NCBI GenBank assembly: GCA_963977445.1
Contig: CAXBPH010000038.1
Span: forward strand, 1-36,920
Reading direction: 5' to 3'
DNA from: an uncultured bacterium
GTDB taxonomy: Bacteria; Hydrogenedentota; Hydrogenedentia; Hydrogenedentales; JAEUWI01
DNA: 36,920 nucleotides
How positions within the stretch are numbered: position 1 is the first letter of the stretch; each line of letters begins with the position of its first letter. Under the pieces are notes generated by a model, which was not told the DNA's origin, did not search any database, and was given only the letters and a program-made list of their open reading frames with translations. The position numbers were made by a program, and so were the translations under genes. Of the stretch, positions 1 to 9,113 are shown in pieces.

Positions 1-366
1 ACCGGACCGGGTAGACTCTCATAATACATGGATCAGTTTACAGGGGGCAGGCCACACGCACATTTACCATATACATGGCAAGTTAATTTTGGTCAAGCAC
101 CTAAGCGACCACAGACCGCACTCGGAAACCGAACCCCCGATAATTCGCGCGAAGTTTAGAGACCTCCGGTTCCTCATCGCGTCGCTCGGCTACACCTACG
201 GGCCCAAAACTTGAAGAGTGTCCCAACACCCCAAAAACCACAGAAACTTTCATAAGCCATGGACCAAAGAGAGGGGTTTGCCAATAGCTTTCGGGCGAAT
301 AGAGCAGACTAAGTATACGTGCCTTTGGTGCAAGACTAGTGAAAGAGGGGCTTCGCCAAATAGTCG

Positions 367-1104
367 CTACCATTCTGAAGTGCTCTGGAGTAAATCGGAC
401 TCAACATAATACGTATCTAATAAATGAAGCACATCTGATTCTGTTGGATTTAGGTTTCTGGTGTATCCAATGCTATCAGCCAATCCAACAACTCCAGCTC
501 GGGTATTACCGTCGACTACCGCATACGTAATAGTGATATTGAATCGTTGGTTGGCTCCAAGGTCGAGTTCGCATTGGAAGGTATTTCCGTTAACATTCTG
601 GTATGTAATAATTATGCCATCTTCGAAAAGCGCATAGCTTGTCGCGCTGCCTTCAACTGTGGCGTCCACGGGCAATAGCGAAATTTGGTCGCTTAAAAAA
701 AAGCCAACTAAATCAGAGTTTCCCGTTCCTTGGCCACCGAATGATATGGTGCCGTCACTACCAATAAAGAGATCCGCGTGAAGCCTGCCGAAGTAAGCGA
801 ACTCGCTGGAGCTAGGCAAAGATAAGGCGAATGGATCGGATTGGGAAAAATCGATGTGTTGGTGGTTGGTTGGATCGGTGGGCAATGATGTCTGATCAAA
901 TATCTCGCGACTATAACCAGGAGTCAACGAGCGTTTCTCGACAATAAAATCCCTGGCAATAAAACGTAATTGCTTTCCGCTTAGTACAGAAGCTTCTCCG
1001 ATGTCGAAACTCTGCGTTTGGTAGTCAACTTTCGGAAGACATCCCGGAAATAAAATTGTAAGAAACACGCCTAGGACAACAAGAGCAACTGATCGGTTAT
1101 TCAT
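367..1104 (-). CDS. Hypothetical lipoprotein with a NIDO/nidogen-like beta module
   Basis: 245-aa ORF; AAGGAG RBS; hydrophobic N-terminus ending LFPG-C (lipobox-like). FAYFG...LFIGSDGTISFG resembles the F.FFG...V..NG.ISF pattern of NIDO-like domains (domain call tentative). Confidence 0.7.
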   Translation of the reverse strand: MNNRSVALVVLGVFLTILFPGCLPKVDYQTQSFDIGEASVLSGKQLRFIARDFIVEKRSLTPGYSREIFDQTSLPTDPTNHQHIDFSQSDPFALSLPSSSEFAYFGRLHADLFIGSDGTISFGGQGTGNSDLVGFFLSDQISLLPVDATVEGSATSYALFEDGIIITYQNVNGNTFQCELDLGANQRFNITITYAVVDGNTRAGVVGLADSIGYTRNLNPTESDVLHLLDTYYVESDLLQSTSEW

Positions 1105-1357
1105 GTCTTTCTCCTTATACAGACTACTGAAAGGAAAGCAACCATGTTTGGTGCTTCAAAACCCGGCTCATGTCTTCAAGATACTGTCCTTGTCCCCGTA
1201 AGCGCGAAGGGCCAAAGAGCGCGTTACAAATAAAATGGCTTTGATAATTTCGCGCATGTCAGCCGAACGTGGCCACCCCAAAACCTGAAAATAGAGGCTA
1301 ATTGACTAAAATAGGCCTGGCCGCACGTTGTAATGCCTAAACACGGGCTACGAAGGG

Positions 1358-1843
1358 CTAGCGTACAGCAACACAGACATCCAGGGCAAAGGTATTTCCC
1401 TGGGCATTCTCAAATACCACCACGACACAATAGGTACCGGTGCGGTGGTAGACCTCGTGCTTGCCCCCGGAAATGATGGTAGGAAGGGTAATACTGAATT
1501 TGTACTGGGTTGAAGAAAGTTTCGTCTTCGCCCCGCCAGCGATCATATTAATGAGCTCGCCTACACCATCCCGTGTATCTTCATCGGACAATACCTCATC
1601 CTCTGGGATCATGAGCATGGTCCTAACCGCTTCCAGGGCCACCTCACTGGGAAGACTCAATGCACACGTGCCCGTCGTCGTCCCAGATAGGCCTATAATC
1701 CCACTGAAGTCGCCATACATATCAAAGCCTTCCTTTATGAAGACTTCTTTACGTCGGATATTCATGGATATCATTGTCGAGAAGGTTTCTTTGGTTGATT
1801 CAATAAAAGGTGCAATCAACTCAATCTTCAAGGAAGAACCCAC
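1358..1843 (-). CDS. cheX: Chemotaxis phosphatase CheX family protein
   Basis: PFIES...SGIIGLSG...DGVGELINMIAG (ExxN motif)...ITLPTII. Start moved to GTG at 1843, which has a GGAG RBS. Confidence 0.88.
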   Translation of the reverse strand: MGSSLKIELIAPFIESTKETFSTMISMNIRRKEVFIKEGFDMYGDFSGIIGLSGTTTGTCALSLPSEVALEAVRTMLMIPEDEVLSDEDTRDGVGELINMIAGGAKTKLSSTQYKFSITLPTIISGGKHEVYHRTGTYCVVVVFENAQGNTFALDVCVAVR

Positions 1844-2054
1844 GTCTCTACGCTCCAATACCACTCATTACAGTATTTAAAACCCACCCCATTTACCGTC
1901 GTGCCAAGCGGCTAGCTCCGACTATTATATAGAATAGCAATTAAAAAGGAAGCTATTCGACAAAATACGGTGACCAAAGATGGAAAGCATCCGCAACATA
2001 TGGTGTTTCATAGACGGTACAACAAATTCCATCAATACCCGTCAAAACAGAAGG

Positions 2055-2241
2055 TTATCCACATGCATTTTTACCTGTCTGATTTTAGATCGGGTGTTGA
2101 ATATATTTTCAGTTACTAAAATATAAACAATTCATAATAAACGACTTATACAATCAAAATAACACCAGTAACACCCAACACACTTTTATCCTGGCGTAAA
2201 TTAGATTGGATAAAAAGCAGGTTATCAACAAGTTATCCACA
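2055..2241. promoter_or_regulatory. DnaA-box cluster downstream of dnaN
   Basis: TTATCCACA at 2055-2063 and 2233-2241; TTATCAACA at 2222-2230; AT-rich non-coding context. Confidence 0.75.
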
Positions 2242-2291
2242 CCCCCCGATACGCGCATATATATCCACTTACCACTACATATTGGGCTAAC

Positions 2292-2322
2292 AAAAAAGGG
2301 AGTATCTGAACCAGATACTCCC
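2292..2322 (-). terminator. Rho-independent terminator of dnaN
   Basis: 11-bp stem GGGAGTATCTG/CAGATACTCCC (2298-2322) followed by T6 on the minus strand, ~30 bp after the dnaN stop. Confidence 0.85.
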
Positions 2323-2354
2323 GATAGTCACGGTTTGATTCCCCCAAGGGGCAA

Positions 2355-3461
2355 TTAGATTCGAATCGGCATAACCACGTTGATGTATAGATCATCCGGG
2401 GCTTCGCTGCGTGGTTTAATGATTCCCGGGCTCATGGCATCTTTCACCACCAGGACAACCTGCTCGGTCTGAATGCGACGCAATACGTCGAGCACGAAAT
2501 CGGGGTTGAAGGCAATCTCAACCACTTCCCCATCGTACTCGATAGGAAGTTCTTCTTCGTATTCGCCAACTTCGGGCGTTACGACCTTCAGGGTCATCAC
2601 CCCATCGCCAAATCCAAAGCGAACGGAGTTGAACTTGTCGTTGGTCATGGTCCGGGTACGGCGTACGGCTTCGGTAAAGCGCTCGGTGTTCACCAGAACC
2701 TCTTTATCGTGTTTTGCCGGTATAACCATGTTGTAGTTCGGGAAGGTACCTTCAATGAGCGCAGAGACCATCCTGAGGTTGTTAAACACGAAGGCTATCT
2801 GACTCTCGTCGAGATAAACGAGCACAGGCTCTTCATCGTCCAACAAACGCTCCAGCTCATGAATCATCTTCGATGGAATGATGATCTTCGCTTCCTTGTC
2901 CGCTGGAATGCCTTCCGTCTGCCGATTGAGGGACATTCGACGTCCGTCGGTAGCCACGACCGTCAGCTTACCTTCCAGAATCTCAAACAAGAGGCCCGTC
3001 AGGTTGTAGCGTGCCTGGTCGTTGCAGATTGCGAAGGAAGACCGCAGGAAGAGGGTTTTCAGCGTAGCCTGGGTGAAGGTGAGGGGTTCTATGCCCTCAA
3101 AGCTCCGAATAGGCGGAAATTCATCGGGAGACATGCTGAAGAGTTTGGTGTCGATTCGACCGCATGTGATATCGATGATATTGTTGTCGGTCAAATTGAG
3201 CGTAATGTCTTCATTGGGCATTTCAGCCAGCATGGAGGACAGACGCTGCGACGAGATGGTCATGGCACCGGGACTGTCCACGGTGCAATCTACCGTGCAC
3301 TCGATACTGACCTTCAGATCGGTTGCGGCAAGTTTAACGCAGGCCTCGCCGGTTTCCATCAGAATATGGGAAAGAATGGGCAGCGCCGATTTTGACGATA
3401 CGATACTCTTGACCTTGTTCACCGCATCTAAGAGGTCTTGTCTGGGAATGGTTATCTTCAT
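2355..3461 (-). CDS. dnaN: DNA polymerase III beta sliding clamp
   Basis: LPILSHIL, ATDL, VATDGRRM, EGTFPNY, IAFNPDFVLDVL and C-terminal VVMPIRI. Start at the second ATG (3461), which follows GGAG. Confidence 0.98.
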   Translation of the reverse strand: MKITIPRQDLLDAVNKVKSIVSSKSALPILSHILMETGEACVKLAATDLKVSIECTVDCTVDSPGAMTISSQRLSSMLAEMPNEDITLNLTDNNIIDITCGRIDTKLFSMSPDEFPPIRSFEGIEPLTFTQATLKTLFLRSSFAICNDQARYNLTGLLFEILEGKLTVVATDGRRMSLNRQTEGIPADKEAKIIIPSKMIHELERLLDDEEPVLVYLDESQIAFVFNNLRMVSALIEGTFPNYNMVIPAKHDKEVLVNTERFTEAVRRTRTMTNDKFNSVRFGFGDGVMTLKVVTPEVGEYEEELPIEYDGEVVEIAFNPDFVLDVLRRIQTEQVVLVVKDAMSPGIIKPRSEAPDDLYINVVMPIRI

Positions 3462-3482
3462 GTTGTTCTCCATGGCCTTTTA

Positions 3483-4074
3483 TGTGGATAAGCGATGCTT
3501 ATTATATATTATTGAATATATAGATAAAACAAGTCATAGTCTTAATAGGGGACGGGATAGGGTTAGAAACGTAGTTAAACCGCCTTATATCAACAACTTA
3601 ACCTGTTGATAAAAAGGTGGATAACCACCAGGTTTATCCACTGTCGTCCACAATTTTCATCCTGACCCGATTAATGGGTGTGAATTCAAACATAAAATTG
3701 TGGAAAACCGACAGGATTATCCCACGTTTATCCGGATCTTATCCACATTCCAATTGGTGGTAACTGTTCCACGGAGTTGCGGATTTATCCACAGCACGAT
3801 TTTCGAGTAAAAACGGGCGAAAACACTACCTATACGCAGGTTATTCACCGACCGTGGAACGCTCCCATTCTTCCAACTCACCGATTAGTACGCATCCATC
3901 TTAAAAAAGTTAAGTTGTTTAGTTTCAACTACTTAGATTCCGGCAAATGTACCACCTAAAATAAGCCGACGTTTTCCTAACTCTAGGAAAATCAATACCT
4001 TGGGTCCTGTCAGATGTCAAATGGAGGGATCCTTCCGGACCCCTCCAAGAGGAGTTATTAACAAGTTATCCACA
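3483..4074. other. Probable chromosomal replication origin (oriC)
   Basis: Consensus TTWTNCACA boxes at 3483 (rev), 3699 (rev), 3739, 3785, 4066; near-consensus boxes at 3604, 3616, 3634, 3841, 4055. AT-rich tract ~3499-3547. IHF consensus WATCAANNNNTTR at 3588-3600 and 3990-4002. Lies directly upstream of dnaN. Confidence 0.85.
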
Positions 4075-4151
4075 GGCATATAGCAATTTTTTGCTTATTT
4101 TGACGCCATATGGACCATATCCGCCTAAGAACCGGGTCTTCAGGTTCTTAA

Positions 4152-6125
4152 TCAGGTGCGGATTACGCGCAAGAACTCTTCTGGATTAACAACGCCATTT
4201 TTAACCTTCTGGCGACAGCGCATCGCCATGGTCTTCAGTTTTGCGGCCTTCATAATCTGATCCGCTCCGGCTTCGTCGTTAATCAGCTTCCGGATAGGCT
4301 CTGTAATCTCCAGAATTTCAAAAATTCCGGTACGGCCATGGTTGCCGGTCTGGTAGCACGCATCACAACCCTTACCCCGATACAGCTTCTTTGTTGTTGC
4401 CGGTAAACCGAGGGATTTCAAAAGGGACGCCTGGGGTTTGAAGGTCGTGCGACACTCGTTACAAATCGTCCGCACCAGTCGCTGACCAATAATGGCGGTC
4501 AATGCGCTGGAAATCAGATAGGCCGGCACATCCATGTTCCGCAAGGTACTGATTGCTTCGGGCGCATCATTGGTGTGGAGGGTGCTGAAGACCAGGTGAC
4601 CGGTCATGGCCGCACGTACGGCAATCCGGGCCGTTTCTGAGTCCCGAATTTCACCCACCAGCAGCACGTCGATATCCTGACGAAGGGCCGCACGGAGGGT
4701 ATTTGCGAAGGTGAGGTCGATATCGTTATCGATCTGTACCTGGTTGATCCCGGACAACTGATATTCAACTGGGTCTTCCAAGGTAACAATACTGTCGGTC
4801 ATGACGTTTTTCTGGTTCAACGCCGCATAGAGACTCGTTGTTTTGCCACTGCCGGTAGGTCCAGTGACCAGAATCATGCCGTAGGGCTCTTCAATGATAC
4901 TCATGAACTGTTTTTCGTCGTCCTCTTCGAGGCCGAGTTCCCGTATACCGGACAGGACCGAACTTTGATCGAGGAGCCGCATGACCACACGCTCCCCGAG
5001 ATAGGTAGGAAGGGTGGCAACACGGACATCAAACTCCTGATCACCCACCTCCATGCTGATATGGCCGTCCTGGGGATGGCGCGTGTCGGTAATATCCAGC
5101 TCAGAGATAATTTTAATACGGGAAACCACGGCGGCTTCCAGTTCCTCCGGGATGCTCATGATGTCATGGAGGACACCATCGATTCGATAGCGCACCCGCA
5201 TCTCAGGTTCCTGGGGATCAAGATGGATATCGGTGGCACCGGAATTCACGGCACCTTCGATAATGGTGGTCACCATCTGAATGACTGAGCTACCTGAAGC
5301 GGCCCGAGCTATATTCTCAAAACGGGCCATTTCGCGCACTTCCTCTACTTCATATTCTTCCTCGCTACTCACGTTATTGATCTCCCTAACCTTTGATACT
5401 TCAGCCACTTCAGACAATTCTTCCGTACCGGATAACGTCACCACTTTGCGTGTGGGCCGTGACCTTTCCGTCGTACTAGCACCCACAACCGCTATTTTCT
5501 TGTAGCGTTTTGTAAGTTCTACGTTGAAATCGGAACAGGCCGTAATATTTGCATGAATTCGCTTCCCAAGCAGGGTAGCGGCCCCATCCAATCGCCCGAG
5601 GGCCTGGGGACTTGTTATGAGGACTTCCAGCCTGTCGCCAAAGAGGCTGATGGGGATAAATTCATTTTTCTTGGCGATACTCTCGGGTATGGCTTCCAGT
5701 GCATCCTTTTCACTGGGGGTTTTATCCAGCGCAACATAGGGCAGGTCATGCTGGTCACTGAAGGCGTGGGCGATATCGACCCGCGTCGCGTAACCCATGT
5801 CCAGCAGGAGACTGCCCAGCAGCCGACCTTTCCGCTTTTGCACCGCGAGCACTTCTTCCAACTGTTTGTTCGTAATAACCCCCATCTGAACGAGGGTATC
5901 ACCTAAATTGGTATCTACAGAACGTGTTGATTTTGAGTGAAACTCATAGCGAAGCACGTCTTCAATGGCGCTGAACGAGACATTGTGTTTTTTGACCAGC
6001 AATTTATACCAAGGCGTTCCGGAATCAGCTTCCGCATCTTTGGCTTGCTGCAGTTCGTCCTGCGTAATGAGATCCTGCTTGACCAGATTTTCGCCCAGGC
6101 TGATGTTTCGCTTGCGCGCAGACAT
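4152..6125 (-). CDS. PilB/GspE-family assembly ATPase with N-terminal MshEN-like repeats
   Basis: ATDIHLDP, RYRIDG, Walker A GPTGSGKT, TLEDPVE, LRQD...GEIRD, TGHLVFSTLHTN, Zn-binding CNEC/CDAC. LGxxLVxxGxI repeats at the N-terminus; GGAGG RBS. Confidence 0.95.
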   Translation of the reverse strand: MSARKRNISLGENLVKQDLITQDELQQAKDAEADSGTPWYKLLVKKHNVSFSAIEDVLRYEFHSKSTRSVDTNLGDTLVQMGVITNKQLEEVLAVQKRKGRLLGSLLLDMGYATRVDIAHAFSDQHDLPYVALDKTPSEKDALEAIPESIAKKNEFIPISLFGDRLEVLITSPQALGRLDGAATLLGKRIHANITACSDFNVELTKRYKKIAVVGASTTERSRPTRKVVTLSGTEELSEVAEVSKVREINNVSSEEEYEVEEVREMARFENIARAASGSSVIQMVTTIIEGAVNSGATDIHLDPQEPEMRVRYRIDGVLHDIMSIPEELEAAVVSRIKIISELDITDTRHPQDGHISMEVGDQEFDVRVATLPTYLGERVVMRLLDQSSVLSGIRELGLEEDDEKQFMSIIEEPYGMILVTGPTGSGKTTSLYAALNQKNVMTDSIVTLEDPVEYQLSGINQVQIDNDIDLTFANTLRAALRQDIDVLLVGEIRDSETARIAVRAAMTGHLVFSTLHTNDAPEAISTLRNMDVPAYLISSALTAIIGQRLVRTICNECRTTFKPQASLLKSLGLPATTKKLYRGKGCDACYQTGNHGRTGIFEILEITEPIRKLINDEAGADQIMKAAKLKTMAMRCRQKVKNGVVNPEEFLRVIRT

Positions 6126-6378
6126 CTAAAATTATCCTCCCTCGGCTAACTTGTGAACGGCAGAGGCCATTATAGAAGTAACGTGAATGGATCGCAAAGT
6201 GTGATATTCGCGCAACGAACAGGCTGACCACCGTTCAGACAATGTCCAACATCATCGGCGATTTTAGCGCTATTTGCAAGAACTTTTATTGGGAATCCCC
6301 TTGGCCTTGGTGCCAATAAGACGGTATTATCGAGCTTGGTAATGACGACACGGCTGGTTCACCGCCGAACAAAGGAGC

Positions 6379-7563
6379 ATGATGAATACGCACGAAACAC
6401 CGGAGACGACAGCTTCCCCGACACCACAGCAGCCCCCTGTAAATTACGTTCAACTGGCCGTATCCCTATTGGCCATCGCTTTAATAGTCACCAATGTAAT
6501 CACGTGGCTCTACTATAAAGACGCGCTGAAACAACCGGGATCCACCGAAATTAGGGGTGAGACTCTTGCCATAAAGGCACCGCCAGCGGTCACCACGGCC
6601 AACGGGTCCCCCATTGACCTGACCACACGAAACTTCGACTTTCCTATCACCAATGCCCACGATCATCTTTACAAGCTGCAACATCTCGATAAGTATATGA
6701 AGGCGGCAAAAAAATTCGGTATTGATCGAACCATTTTTGTGGCCAGTTCTGAGTTTACCTTTCTCGGCACCAAAGGCGATCCGAAAAAACTCAATGACTG
6801 GAGCACCCGGGAAATACTAACGGCCGCGAAAAAATATCCCGGGAAGATTATCCCTTTTGCTACCCTCCACCCCGATGACCCGGACAAAGTCGCCCTGCTG
6901 AAAAGTTATGTGGCCGACGGCGTTATGGGGCTGAAACTCTATACGGGCCATAGTAATTTTCATGACCGCTCCCTCGATGTACCCGAGATGGATCCCGTCT
7001 ACGCCTATTGCGCAGAAACTCAACTGCCCGTGTTGTGGCATGTAAACATGGCGAAATACACGAAGGAACTCTTCACCGTCCTCGATAGGTATCCCACGAT
7101 GAAGGTGATCATTCCCCACTATGGCGTTGGCTTCTGGCGGCCCGAGGGCAACGTCATGGGTGACGTGGAAAAAATGCTGGATACCTATCCCAACGTCTAC
7201 GTGGACAGCAGCTTTGGCACGCGGGAGATTCTCGTGGGTGGATTGGAAAAGGTGAGCGCCCACCTGGAGGTATTCAAAGACTTTTACGCGAAGTACCAGG
7301 ACCGGATTGTATGGGGCACCGACATGGTGGTCACGGGAAATTCGGAAAAAACGGAACCGTGGGTGGAATCCGTGATCCGCGCCTGTCGCGACGTCCACGA
7401 AAAAGACACCTATGTTTTCTGGATGGCGGCCCAGGGCTCCAAGTACGCGTATGGCAATGGCAGCAATACCTACGGCGTGTTGCGGGGCCTGAATCTGTCC
7501 GACGAAATTCTGGAAAAGGTCTACAAGACCAATATGGACCGCCTGCTGGGTATAGGAAAGTAG
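6379..7563 (+). CDS. Membrane-anchored amidohydrolase (TIM barrel, Amidohydro_2-like)
   Basis: N-terminal TM helix, NAHDH metal motif, GLKLY, LPVLWH, IIPHYG, NVYVD, IVWGTD; AAGGAG RBS. Confidence 0.85.
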   Translation: MMNTHETPETTASPTPQQPPVNYVQLAVSLLAIALIVTNVITWLYYKDALKQPGSTEIRGETLAIKAPPAVTTANGSPIDLTTRNFDFPITNAHDHLYKLQHLDKYMKAAKKFGIDRTIFVASSEFTFLGTKGDPKKLNDWSTREILTAAKKYPGKIIPFATLHPDDPDKVALLKSYVADGVMGLKLYTGHSNFHDRSLDVPEMDPVYAYCAETQLPVLWHVNMAKYTKELFTVLDRYPTMKVIIPHYGVGFWRPEGNVMGDVEKMLDTYPNVYVDSSFGTREILVGGLEKVSAHLEVFKDFYAKYQDRIVWGTDMVVTGNSEKTEPWVESVIRACRDVHEKDTYVFWMAAQGSKYAYGNGSNTYGVLRGLNLSDEILEKVYKTNMDRLLGIGK

Positions 7564-7705
7564 CGGGGAGAATGCCCGAGGGAGTACTCAGCCCATAAAC
7601 CCAAGCTAATCCACCGGCTCTGCCGTTCCGTCGAGTTCTTCTACGGTTAACTCACGCAGCGCAATTTTTTGCCGTGTTGCAGGATAGGGCGGTCGAAGCG
7701 CTCTT

Positions 7706-7857
7706 AGCCCCAGAGGGGCGGCATAGAATTTTCGGAGATGGGACCCAACTCGCGCCCTATGTCGCCCCGCTGGGACTCGTATCGGCGTGTGTCGACCAAA
7801 ACCCAGGACTCGCTACGCTCGCCACTGGGCTACGTTATATCGCCCACTTCGTGGACT
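7706..7857. repeat. REP-like inverted repeat cluster
   Basis: AGCCCCAGAGGGGCGGCATAG (7706-7726) inverted against CTATGTCGCCCCGCTGGGACT (7757-7777), 3 mismatches; third degenerate arm ~7835-7857. Confidence 0.65.
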
Positions 7858-8157
7858 TAACAGCCCTGTTGCCGTGGCCTTCCTCATACCAACGGCTCTG
7901 CCGGTGTTGCTGATTTAGCGCGCCATTGGCGCTGGAGAAAACGTGATTGCCCTACAGCTATGCTGACCTGAGGGCCAACGGCCAAGAAGCATACCAGCAT
8001 GGGGCAAAGCCCCATGTTTCGGAGTATATTCACCCATTAAGGGCTGAAAGCCCGCCCCATGGGTCACCGCGCCAACCCATATCAAAAAAAGATCCCTGCT
8101 TGTCCGGCGAAGACGTGACCAATACTATCCCACCTGCTTGATTCAGACTCCTGCTAC

Positions 8158-8976
8158 TCAGCCCAGGCGATCGGCCAGCTCGATAGCGGCTCTTCGCTCG
8201 CTGATGGTGTCTTTCAGGCTCTTGAGGTGTATCGCATCCTGCACCTCACCCCATTCCCAGAGGGTGTCGATGTACGCGTCTTTCTCGGGGCCCGTCATTT
8301 TTCCCCAACCCGGACCGGAGAATTTCTTGGTCTCGCCCATGGTATAGCGCTGGGCAAACCACGCTTCTGCCGCCAGTTCCCGGGGCGTCATCCAATCCCA
8401 CACGAGCCGTATGGTGTACTGATCCTCCAAACGGACGCCCCCGAAAAGATCTTTACGGTATCCCACCACGCCACGGCGGGCGGGATTCCGGCGAATATGG
8501 GCCAGAGCGATCAGCAGCTCATCGTGCAACGCCTCGTGGAGGCAAATATCAAAGTACGTAAAGGAATTCTTGAACTCGCCATGGCGGCCCGGAATCCTTC
8601 GGTATTCCTGGACCCGCGTGATGGAGGCGATAGACTCGCTGGGCAAAAAAATGGCAAGGGCTGCTTCCGCTGCGGGCGGCACATGCACGTTGGGTTGCAG
8701 ATTGATATAGAGACCCAGCTCTGTGGCTTTCACCAGCCAGTTGCGTTGGTTGCGACACCGGTTGAAATGCCACAGACCCAGGCCCGCAAAAAACAAGGTG
8801 GCCATGGCCGGCACGGCAATCAATACCGGATTGGTGGGCCCACTTTTGGGAATGGCCACATAGGCCGTGATGACCGCCATGATAAGAACCACCCAGGCAA
8901 GGCTGCGCCATGAGGCATTCTTAAAGGTCTGTACGACGGGGGCGTCGGTGATGGAGCTGTCATTGATAAACTGCAT
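8158..8976 (-). CDS. Hypothetical membrane protein (2 TM plus soluble domain)
   Basis: 272-aa ORF with two N-terminal hydrophobic helices; same orientation as the upstream sulfatase. Confidence 0.7.
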   Translation of the reverse strand: MQFINDSSITDAPVVQTFKNASWRSLAWVVLIMAVITAYVAIPKSGPTNPVLIAVPAMATLFFAGLGLWHFNRCRNQRNWLVKATELGLYINLQPNVHVPPAAEAALAIFLPSESIASITRVQEYRRIPGRHGEFKNSFTYFDICLHEALHDELLIALAHIRRNPARRGVVGYRKDLFGGVRLEDQYTIRLVWDWMTPRELAAEAWFAQRYTMGETKKFSGPGWGKMTGPEKDAYIDTLWEWGEVQDAIHLKSLKDTISERRAAIELADRLG

Positions 8977-9113
8977 GGGCCTGGCTCAGTTGGTAGATGG
9001 GTTAGGTGACTGCATCACACGGTAACGCAGCACGACCGACGGCTGCAAGCGGCGGACTAAGGGTCACTCTGATACGTAACGTATCGGGGTAGTGACTGAG
9101 GCAACGCTGGATT

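Noticed and set aside
1..366. Short ORFs and a possible c-di-GMP riboswitch (GGCAAACC on the minus strand)
   Set aside because: The ORFs have no motifs, and I could not build the two-hairpin GEMM structure; an Rfam scan would settle it.
3474..4151. dnaA remnant or small gene (e.g. ORF 3777-3959) upstream of dnaN
   Set aside because: No DnaA motifs in the listed ORFs; they are translations of DnaA-box DNA.
1865..4151. parS site near the origin
   Set aside because: No adequate match to TGTTTCACGTGAAACA seen; only half-site-like strings.
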